A stretch of 64,000 nt of DNA, taken from contig CAVXRD010000002.1 of assembly GCA_963764165.1 (NCBI GenBank), positions 2,400,001-2,464,000 of the forward strand, read 5' to 3'. Positions 1 to 9,200 of the stretch are shown here, piece by piece; positions within the stretch are counted from its first letter, which is position 1, and each line of letters opens with the position of its first letter. The DNA is from an uncultured Verrucomicrobiae bacterium (lineage in GTDB: Bacteria; Verrucomicrobiota; Verrucomicrobiia; Limisphaerales; Palsa-1400). The translations under genes and the position numbers were made by a program. The notes below the pieces were generated by a model. The model worked only from the letters and a program-made list of their open reading frames with translations, did not search any database and was not told the origin of the DNA.

Positions 1-129
1 GCGCATGTGCATCGGGACCCGGCGCATGGCTTGGCCCTCAGCAAAGACGAGGTATTGCTCAACGAGGTTGTTCAGGGCGGCAAGCTCCTCCTCACTGAGG
101 TAATTCTTGGCGATGGTGACATCCTGCTT
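1..129 (-). pseudogene. RhuM-family (virulence RhuM-like) protein, C-terminal fragment, truncated at its 5' side; runs off the left edge of the window
   Basis: Manual minus-strand translation gives KQDVTIAKNYLSEEELAALNNLVEQYLVFAEGQAMRRVPMHMR, typical of the RhuM C-terminal region. Similarity stops exactly at the inverted-repeat element at 130. Not in the ORF track. Confidence 0.75.
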
Positions 130-289
130 CCCGAACTCAGGAAAAGAGCCTGAAGTTGGCTTCTCGCGCGTCGTCAATTCGATTCCACTATCAAACCATT
201 TATCCCGTAACCCGCGTCACTTCCAGGGAGATGCGCCTTCACTTCCAACACCTGAAAACACAACCTCGGCCTCTTTTCCTGAGTTCGGG
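130..289. mobile_element. MITE-like or internally deleted IS, 160 bp with perfect 19-bp terminal inverted repeats
   Basis: CCCGAACTCAGGAAAAGAG (130-148) and CTCTTTTCCTGAGTTCGGG (271-289) are exact reverse complements. No transposase inside and no clear target-site duplication. Confidence 0.7.
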
Positions 290-309
290 CGTTCCTGATT
301 ATTTAAAAC

Positions 310-1893
310 TCAAGGCCTGATTTTTGCCCCGCCCACGACGGAATCGTGAAGGAAAAAGTGGATCCAATCGTAAATTTCCGGATGGCCGTAGTGTCCGACG
401 TTGGGCTGATAATCGTTATGGCTGCCGATCGGATCCAACTGGCCCACCGTGAAATTCCACCACGGATTCTGGTAATCGAGTTTTAATTTGTGGCTCGGCC
501 GGCTGATCAATTCGTCCGCGTCCACGAATTGGACGCCCGGCCTGAGCGTCAGCGCCGTCGGATAATTGGTCGAGTCAACCGTGTTGATGGGGTTCAGGGC
601 GCTCTCGCGGTCAAAGGTGATTCTCGCGGCGGATTCGTGGTAGTAACCGGCGTCAAAAATCCCCTTGTTGTAACCGGAGTTAAGTGTCAACTGAACGGGG
701 ATTTTGACGATCGGAACCTGCGCCAGCGTGCTTGTCAATAAATTGGTCCTCCACGACCAATGGCCGGGGCCAAGCTCCCACCATTGCCCGCGCAAATAGC
801 TCCACGGGAATATCTCCAGCGAATCGAGAACGCTGAAAGGCACGCGCAGCGTTTCCAGCAGCGGCGGACGCAGCATCACCAGCCATTTGTGCGTCGCCCA
901 TTTCGCATTGGCCTCGTTGATGGTTTTTCGGTAGACGGAGCGCGCGAACCGGGCGTCCAATTCCGCCGACCAATAGCCGTTGAAGAAAAGCGCCGTGATC
1001 GGGTAGAGCAGGCTGTTGACATGGTCGTAGCGGCTTTGCGTCACCAGCACGGGAAAATTGGCGCAATCCTTCGGCCCAGGAAGATTCGCCTTCGCCATCG
1101 CCGGCTCGATCAGCACCGCCCCCCTGATGCGCGATTGAAATTGGGCGATGTCATTGGTGGCTTCGGAGCTGAGTTCTTTGCTGGTGAACAAATTGAAAAT
1201 GCTGCCGAAAGCAAACTTGTTGGAGGGCGGCTTCTCCCGCATGGCGCTGGCAATCACGCGGCAGCCGAAGCTGTGACCCACCATGTATATATTCGGCTGA
1301 AAATCGCCGTGATACGATTGGCCGCATAAATATCCAAGCGCCTGCTGGACGTCGCCATACCCGACCCGGTCGGCCAGCGACGTCTTGGCCCAGAACGAAA
1401 GCGGGAAAAAAATGTCGAGAACAATGGTTCGGGTGGTGGAAGTGCCGGGCAGAAAATCGCTCAGCAATTGCACCACCGTCGGGTAGCTCGCGGGCCACGA
1501 AAGGCAGATCACCGCCGTGGGCCCGACGCTGCGCTCCGGCCCGAGCGAGCTGGCGGATTGGATGTAAGCGTCGTAATTGCTCAACAGCCCGTCGTAATGA
1601 TCTTCAATGACGGTGTTGTCGTAATTCCATCCGTAGCTGAGCACCAAAATATTAGTGACAGGCCCGCCGTTGTTGGTGGCTGAAGCGGTGGCGGACTGCT
1701 GAATTTCGTTTACCGCCTGGAAAAGAGTGTTGAAGTTGACGAGCCGGCCGTTGGCGTCGAATTGCAGCACGTAGGTAAAGCGCCGTTTTGGCTGCGCGAA
1801 GGCGGCGCGGTATTGCTCGGCCTGCCTAAAGAACGGCGGCGGGGAGACACAGCCCTCCCCAATCAACACCACAGCCAGCAAGGCAAGGACCAT
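310..1893 (-). CDS. Exported, possibly lipoprotein, alpha/beta-hydrolase-fold protein
   Basis: ORF 310..2121. Probable start at MVLALLAVVLIGEGC (1893). Nucleophile elbow GHSFG, LSWP motif, late D and H candidates. Confidence 0.65.
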   Translation of the reverse strand: MVLALLAVVLIGEGCVSPPPFFRQAEQYRAAFAQPKRRFTYVLQFDANGRLVNFNTLFQAVNEIQQSATASATNNGGPVTNILVLSYGWNYDNTVIEDHYDGLLSNYDAYIQSASSLGPERSVGPTAVICLSWPASYPTVVQLLSDFLPGTSTTRTIVLDIFFPLSFWAKTSLADRVGYGDVQQALGYLCGQSYHGDFQPNIYMVGHSFGCRVIASAMREKPPSNKFAFGSIFNLFTSKELSSEATNDIAQFQSRIRGAVLIEPAMAKANLPGPKDCANFPVLVTQSRYDHVNSLLYPITALFFNGYWSAELDARFARSVYRKTINEANAKWATHKWLVMLRPPLLETLRVPFSVLDSLEIFPWSYLRGQWWELGPGHWSWRTNLLTSTLAQVPIVKIPVQLTLNSGYNKGIFDAGYYHESAARITFDRESALNPINTVDSTNYPTALTLRPGVQFVDADELISRPSHKLKLDYQNPWWNFTVGQLDPIGSHNDYQPNVGHYGHPEIYDWIHFFLHDSVVGGAKIRP

Positions 1894-2141
1894 GCGGGCG
1901 CGGAACAACAATAAAATCAGCGCCTTCGTAAGCCCCCAATGATCCCCGAAAGGCGCAGCGCCCGGAAATACGGGAAATCCCCCATTCGTCCCAGTGGTCG
2001 CATCCCAGCACGGTTGGCCGCGACAAAAGCGGCCCAGGTCGGCAAGTGATCGCTCTCGCCCCGCAGCGAAGCGCGGAGAGAGAAGGAGAAAGGGGCTTCC
2101 AAAAAAATTGCCTCCAACCATTCATGTTGCATTTGCATTTT

Positions 2142-3302
2142 TCATCCCGGCGACAGGGCGCGCAATTTCGCCACGACTTTTGGAAATGCATCCATAAAAT
2201 AGTCGACGTCCGCCTCTGTGTTGTCTTTTCCCAGCGACAAAATAATCGCTGATTGCGCCACCGCCGGTTCGAGTCCAATCGCTTCCAGCACATGCGAAGC
2301 CCGCAGTGATTTTGTGACGCAGGCCGAACCGCTGGCCACCGCGATGCCCCGTGTGTCCAGAAGCAGGAGCTGCCCCTCGCCTTCGATGCCCAGGGTGGAG
2401 AAATTCAAATTGACAGGACTTCGCAGAGGCCCTGGCAAAGGGCCGTTCAGTTGCACGCGCTCGACGTTCGACTTGACGCCTTCCCAAAGGCTTTTTTGCA
2501 GAGCCGCCGCGCGCGAGGCCCAGCCCGCGCCATCGCGCAGCGCCATTTCCGCCGCCACTCCCGCGCCGACGATTCCCGCGACGTTTTCCACCCCGGCGCG
2601 CCGTCCGCCTTCCTGGTCGCCCCCATGCACAAGCGGCTGCAGCCGCGCGCGGCGATTTCGGTACAGGACGCCCACACCCTTGGGCCCGTAAAACCGGTGC
2701 GGCGAGAGGGAAAGCAAATCGGCCCCCAGCGCCTGAACATCCACCGGCAGCCAGCCCGCCGCCGCCTCGGCATCGACGAAGAACTGAATTCCTTTTTCGT
2801 GCGCGATGCGGGCGATTTCGCGAATCGGCTCAATAACGCCGATCTCGTGGTTCACAAGATGAACCGCGATTAAAATAGTCTTGTCAGTGATCGCCGCGCG
2901 AATGGATTCGGGGTCGACGAGGCCTTCGCGATTCACTTCAACCCGCGAACTGCTGAAGCCCTGCTGCTCCAGAAACGCGATGGAATTGAGAACCGCCGGA
3001 TGCTCGATCTTCGTGGCGACAATATGGCGCCCCCGTTTCTGCTGCGCCCAAGCCGAGCCTTTGATGGCGAGATTGGCCGCCTCTGTTCCGTCGGATGTAA
3101 ATATGATTTCCTCCGGCGATTCGGCGTTGATGAATCGCGCGACCTGCGCCCGCGCCAGTTCCATCGCATCGCGCGCGCGCAAGCCCACTTGATGCGGCGA
3201 GGATGGATTTCCGAAAGCCGCGGCGAGGAAAGGCTGCATCGCTTCCAGCGCCTCCGGCAGCAAAGGCGTGGCGGATTGATGGTCGAAATGGACGTGGCGC
3301 AT
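2142..3302 (-). CDS. Cysteine desulfurase-family (IscS/NifS class V aminotransferase) protein with a degenerate PLP site
   Basis: Motifs FDHQSATP, FGNPSS, IEHPAV and SGSAC. SPHRFYGPKG replaces SxHKxxGPKG. Probable start MRHVHFD at 3302. Confidence 0.85.
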   Translation of the reverse strand: MRHVHFDHQSATPLLPEALEAMQPFLAAAFGNPSSPHQVGLRARDAMELARAQVARFINAESPEEIIFTSDGTEAANLAIKGSAWAQQKRGRHIVATKIEHPAVLNSIAFLEQQGFSSSRVEVNREGLVDPESIRAAITDKTILIAVHLVNHEIGVIEPIREIARIAHEKGIQFFVDAEAAAGWLPVDVQALGADLLSLSPHRFYGPKGVGVLYRNRRARLQPLVHGGDQEGGRRAGVENVAGIVGAGVAAEMALRDGAGWASRAAALQKSLWEGVKSNVERVQLNGPLPGPLRSPVNLNFSTLGIEGEGQLLLLDTRGIAVASGSACVTKSLRASHVLEAIGLEPAVAQSAIILSLGKDNTEADVDYFMDAFPKVVAKLRALSPG

Positions 3303-3345
3303 GGCTGCCCGTGGGAGAACCAAGAGCGTGTTTTGAAATTGCGCT

Positions 3346-4068
3346 CTACGATTCTTTCTTTTTGGCAATCGTGTCGTTGCCGACAGCCAGTATTCGGTAG
3401 CCTTTATCCAGGAGACCCTGGCAGATTTCATTGTGCTCGGCAGGGGACATGAAATAATTCTCGAACTGGATGATGTCTGGAATCACCGAAGATTTCAAAA
3501 GCTGCCGCATAATGATGTAGTCGTAGCCCTCGGTATCGGTCACGAAGAGGTCGAGATTTCTAATGGAGTTTTGCGAGAAAATAGACTCCAGGTCGGCTCC
3601 TGGGACCTCCACGGCCACGGCCTTTTCCGTGCTGTCAGACAGGCCAACCTCCGCGATGGACTTATTCAACGAGGCGCGAACGGAAAGCTCCCCTGAGCTG
3701 GGGGCAGAATAAAGTGTAACTTTCCGCTGCGGCCCTTCAATGATGGCCACTTGAAGGCAAATGCACTTTGGGAAAGCCCGATAAGCTTTCTGCAGCTCCT
3801 TGAAAGGAACCGGATTTGGCTCAATCAGCAGGCCGCTCCAGGACGGACCGACCAGAGGCTTGATCGGATCATAAAGCACGCCATCATTGGCTCCGACCTG
3901 AACAAAGCTGAAATCCCTTTTTTCCGCCGCGGCTTCCCGAATAAGGATCGAAACCACGTCGATGTGATCGCCAGCAGGGTTGCCCGGCAGGCGGGGCCTG
4001 ATGCGCGCGAACTCGTAGCCATATCGGGCCAGGAATCGGATGATGAAGCGTTTGAGGATTGTCGTCAT
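3346..4068 (-). CDS. FkbM-family methyltransferase
   Basis: VQVGANDG, LIEPNP and TDTEGYD motifs. Own ATG (MTTILKR) at 4068. The ORF track fuses it to the upstream gene. Confidence 0.8.
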   Translation of the reverse strand: MTTILKRFIIRFLARYGYEFARIRPRLPGNPAGDHIDVVSILIREAAAEKRDFSFVQVGANDGVLYDPIKPLVGPSWSGLLIEPNPVPFKELQKAYRAFPKCICLQVAIIEGPQRKVTLYSAPSSGELSVRASLNKSIAEVGLSDSTEKAVAVEVPGADLESIFSQNSIRNLDLFVTDTEGYDYIIMRQLLKSSVIPDIIQFENYFMSPAEHNEICQGLLDKGYRILAVGNDTIAKKKES

Positions 4069-4079
4069 GTGCCGCTCAG

Positions 4080-5790
4080 TTATTGGCCGGGAAGAATTCG
4101 GTAGGTACTCTTGCGGGTTCCCGGGCAGGTTGGAATTTATGTTTGTGTCCACCCAAAGTTGGACGGGCTGTGTTAACGTGAGATTGGTCACCGTCACCCA
4201 TGAGTTGGTGTCGCTTAGATTCGCCGACCTCTGGATGATGTAAGTGAAGCCCGTCACGCCGCTTATGGTGAGGCCGGGATACAAGCCGAGGGACGATCCG
4301 GCTGGATTCACCACGACTTCTTCGGGCGTGTTCGTCGTGCTGCCAAACGGACTCGTCACCACCACCGAATAAAGCCCGGCATTTGTGAATTGAATGTCCG
4401 CCAAGTTCAACATTTGGTTGGTCGCATCCGCAATGGCGGCGCCATTATCGTACCACTGATAGCTCAAAGGCCCGGTTCCCCAAGCCTGGACGCTCAGCGT
4501 ATTGGTATAACCCCAATCTGTCACCAAACCGGTGAAAGGCTCTGTCAGGTAAGGATACATCGAGAGCGTCGCGATTGAACTGGTGACCGAGCCAAAAACG
4601 TTGGTGACGACAACGGCATAAGATCCCAAGTTTATGGGAGTGATATTTGTGATCGTGAGAACGTTCGAGGTCGCTCCTGAAATGTTAGTTCCGTCATACG
4701 ACCATTGGTAGGCAAAAGGGACGCTAGTCGGCACTGTGCCGGACGCACTCACGCCGAAGGCTGCTGTGCCGTAGGCGTCGACGACCAAGGATTGCGGTTG
4801 GTTGGTGATGGATGGCAGGGAGCCAATGTAAATGACGGGCGCGGTGGAATAACCAGAGCCAGGGTTGCTGATCGTTATGCCAGTCACTACGCCGTTGCCG
4901 ATCTCTGCGACCGCAGCCGCCCCCGTTCCGCCGCCGCCCTTAATCAAAACCAGCGGCGTATTGGTATAACCGCAGCCGCCTTCTGTGACCGTTGCGCCAA
5001 CACAGAATCCGTTCGTCACGGTTGCCACGGCGGCGGCTGGATACGGAGGGCAAGCCCCGGGAACCGATTCGTAAGCGTAGAGTTCCTGCACCTCATTGGA
5101 GGCGAGGGCTCGGTTGTAAATGCGAACGTCGTCAATCCTCCCATTCCAGACATACTCGTAGCTGCATCCCTCCCCGCCCGAAGCCCCAATGCGGAAGTCT
5201 TCCGTCACGCCGGCGACTACGGAACCAGAGCCGGGAAGATTGGTCCCATTGAAATAGTAATTTACGGTTCCATTCGCGGCTATGGCCAGCACCACCTGGC
5301 ACCACTTGTTCGTCGGAGGCACAAATGCTGCGCTATATCCGGTGCTGCCGCCGAAATAAATAAGGTCGTTGGTTTGATCAAGGGACGGCTGGGTGATGAT
5401 GAGAAGGGCCCCGTCACTTTGCTGGCCGCACTGTTCCCTTCCCACCAACGTCATGACGGACAACCCACTCAGAGGAGGATAATTGCTGATGAAGAACCAA
5501 GCCGAGTAAGTGATTCCCATGTAAGGCATGCTATCAAGGGATGGGATGTCCACACCGGAACCGATGCCAGCCGTGCCGGGCAAAGCAAGGCACGAATTAC
5601 TGTTGCCAAAGCGATCCACTCCATAAGCCGCCGCGCCGAAAAGGGTGCCGGTGTGCCCGTTGTGGGATTCGTCGGCGGCGGTGCCCGAAAACGGATAATA
5701 GGCGATTAAACTGTTGGTAAATGGCACTTGGGCATGGGCGGCGATGACCGAGGCCACGGTCATTGCGAGAATTCCGAACGGTCTTTTCAT
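4080..5790 (-). CDS. Secreted LamG-like jellyroll plus Ig-domain protein, with a probable 1-nt frameshift near its 3' end
   Basis: Signal peptide MKRPFG...AHA. LamG motifs LIAYYPF and GRIDDVRIYNRAL. Two Ig domains (YQW...G.Y.VVVT). Removing one G at 4104/4105 restores ...QEYYRILPGQ* with the stop at 4080-4082. Confidence 0.75.
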
Positions 5791-6228
5791 AATTTTCAAA
5801 AATGCCTGCGTGGTCGGAGAACGGTGGCCTTGCCCTCGCCGACCAGTCAAGCCCGCTTACACTAAGACGCGACCCCCAAAGCGCAAGACATCAATCCAAT
5901 AATTTTTGAATTTATTCGCCACTGAAGCAAGCCAATTTCGCCAAAAAATCCCACGAAAAGCAGATGCGATCTCCGCTGGCGAGGCTGGAAATTCCGCAAC
6001 CTGTTGAATGGCAGCATGATTTGCGATTTGGAATCATTGAAAATAACGTTGACTATCCGAGGCAAAGCCTCTATGTTCTCCCCCGCAGGCATGTAATTCA
6101 AGTCAAAGGGGCTATGCTGTGCTCGAATTTTCGGGATATTGCCTCCATCAGTTTAGCCCTCATTGGCTGGAGGCATTATCGGACCGTGCTCAAAAAACAT
6201 GGGCGCGAACTGGCGAAAGGAAATAAGC

Positions 6229-9200
6229 GTGAAAACAATTAGTCTTTTTTTAGGAGTCTTGGTAATTGCGGTGACGGGGCTGGGACAAGCGCAAGGCCAA
6301 GTTCCGTTTACGAACAATTTGGTGGCCTATTACCCGTTTGACGGAAATGCCAACGATGCCAGCGGCAACGGGAACAACGGACAAATAGTTGGGAACGTCG
6401 TGCCTTCCACCGATCGTTTTGGCAATCCCACTGGCGCCTACGCTCTTGATGGGGTTTCTTCTTCAGCCATTGAAGTGACCAACACATTGTTTAACACCGG
6501 CCAGGCGGGATACACGGTTTCCGGGTGGTTTGCTTGCAGTAATCTGAACTTGCCTAAGAACCAAGTTGTCATTCAAACAATGCCGCAGGCTGGCATGGGG
6601 CTGGGATTCGGCCCCAGCATTCCTGTTGGTGCTTTGAGTTTGGGATTGGGCACCACCAGCGAGTGGACGCAAACCGGAATCTACGGAAATCCGCTTTGCT
6701 CCAACCAAGTGTGGTATCAGTTTGTCCTTACCAAGAGCGGCACAACCTATACCCTTTATCTTGACGGGCAGGTGTCAGCCCAGCAAACCGTTTCCACCGC
6801 CTCGAACTTCGATGCCAACGTGGGGTGCATTATAGGCTCCATCACTCCGATCAATCCGCCCTATCAGGAAACCTTCGAAGGACGCCTGGATGATTTTCGC
6901 ATTTACAACCGCGCCCTGGCCTCCAACGAAGTCCAGGAACTTTATTCGTACGAGTCTGCGTCCGGCGGACCGTCACTCTACATCACGGCCCAGCCGCAGA
7001 GTCAAAGTGTGGCGGTTGGACAGACGGCGACCTTCAGCGTGGCCGCAGGCGGGACATCGCCGTTTGGCTATCAATGGAGTTTTGACGGGACGACTATTGC
7101 CGGGGCAACCAATGCAGTCCTGACATTGACCAATGTACAAATGAGCGAATCCGGCTCGTATTCCGTGACGGTGACGAGCCTTACCAATGCGGTCAGCAGT
7201 TCCAGCGCGGTGCTGACGGTGACTGCGCCGACCCAGGCCCCGTTCACTGAGAGTTTGGTGGCCTATTATCCCTTTGACGGCAATGCCAACGATGCCAGCG
7301 GCAATGGTAATAACGGACAAATCGTTGGAAATGTTGTGCCGTCCACCGATCGGTTCGGCAATCCCGCTGGCGCCTATGCTTTTGACGGGGTCTCTTCTTC
7401 GGCCATTGAAGTTACCAATACGCTGTTTAACATCGGGCAGCCGGGATACACGGTTTCCGGATGGTTTGCTTGCAGCAATCTGAGCCTGGCCACGGATCAG
7501 GATATCATTCAAACAATGCCGCAGGCAGGCATGGGGCTGGGATTCATTCCGAGCCTCCCCACTGGCACCTTGGATTTTGGAGTGGGCACCACCACCGAGT
7601 GGACAGGAGGCCCGATCTACGGAAATCCATCTTGCTCCAACCAAATCTGGTATCAATTTGTCCTGACGAAAAGTGGCACGACCTACACTCTTTACATTGA
7701 TGGGCAGGTGTCCGTCCAGCAAGCTGTTTCCGCCGCCTCCAGCTACAACGCTAACGTTGGATGCATCATAGGCTCCATCACGCCGATCAATCCGGGCTAC
7801 CACGAAACATTTGGGGGGCGGCTGGACGATTTTCGCGTTTACAATCGGGCTCTCGCCTCCAATGAAGTGCAGGAACTGTATGCTTACGAGGCGCAGACCA
7901 ACGGCGGCGGGACGCCATTTTATATCACAACCCAGCCGCAAAGCCAAAGTGTGGTGGCGGGGCAGACGGCGACCTTTAACGTGACAGTGAGCGGGACGCC
8001 GCCGTATGGCTATCAATGGAGTTTTGACGGGACGAATATTGCCGGGGCAACCACTGCCACCCTAACCTTGACCAATGTCCAGATGAGCCAGGCAGGTTCC
8101 TATTCCGTGACGGTAACCAACGCCACAGAAGCGGTCAGCAGTTTCGACGCGGTGCTGACGGTGACTGCACCGACCCAAGCTCCGTTCACCAACAGTTTGG
8201 TGGCCTATTATCCCTTTGACGGCAATGCCAATGATGCCAGCGGCAACGGGAACAACGGGCAGATCGTGGGCAATGTGGTTCCGTCCACTGACCGCTTCGG
8301 CAATTTCGGTGGTTCTTATGCTTTTGACGGGGTCTCTTCATCAGCCATTGAAGTTACCAATACGCTATTTAACATCGGCCAGCCGGGATACACGGTCTCC
8401 GGATGGTTTGCTTGCAGCAATCTGAGCCTGACCACGGATCAGGACATCATTCAAACGATGCCTCAAGCGGGCATGGGGCTGGGATTCGTTCCGAGCCTCC
8501 CGCCAGGCACTTTGGATTTTGGAGTGGGAACCACCACCGAGTGGACAGGAGGCCCGATCTACGGAAATCCAACTTGCTCTAACCAAATCTGGTATCAATT
8601 TGTCCTGACCAAGAGCGGCACTACCTATACCCTTTACATTGATGGCCAAGTCTCTGTCCAGCAGACTATTTCCGCCGCCTCGAACTACAACGCCAATGTG
8701 GGATGCATCATAGGCTCCATTACACCGATCAATCCGGGCTACCACGAAACGTTTGGGGGGCGATTGGATGATTTCCGCATTTATGATCGCGCCCTTGCCT
8801 CCAATGAAGTGCAGGAACTGTATGCTTACGAGTCAGAGCCAGGCGGTCCGTCACTATACATCACGGCCCAGCCGCAGGGTCAAACTGTGGTGGTGGGCCA
8901 GACGGCGACTTTCAGCGTGGCCGCTGGCGGGACGCCGCCGTTTGGCTATCAATGGAGTTTTGACGGGACGAATATTGCCGGGGCAACCACTGCCACCCTA
9001 ACCTTGACCAATGTTCAGGTGAGCCAGGCCGGTTCCTATTCCGTGACGGTAACAAACGCCACAGCGGCGGTCAGCAGTTCCAACGCCGTCCTCAACCTGG
9101 TCAGTCCGCCCGTGATCACGTCCTCGCCTGCAAGTCAGTCCGTGGCGGTCGGCACTCCGGTCACATTCGCCGCCGCCGCAACGGGCACGCCTCCCCTGGC

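Noticed and set aside
107..298. 63-aa plus-strand ORF
   Set aside because: It merely spans the TIR element and lies antisense to the rhuM fragment; no recognisable motif.
3346..5850. 834-aa LamG/Ig-FkbM fusion ORF as a novel protein
   Set aside because: A single extra base at 4104/4105 explains it; each half has its own natural start and end.
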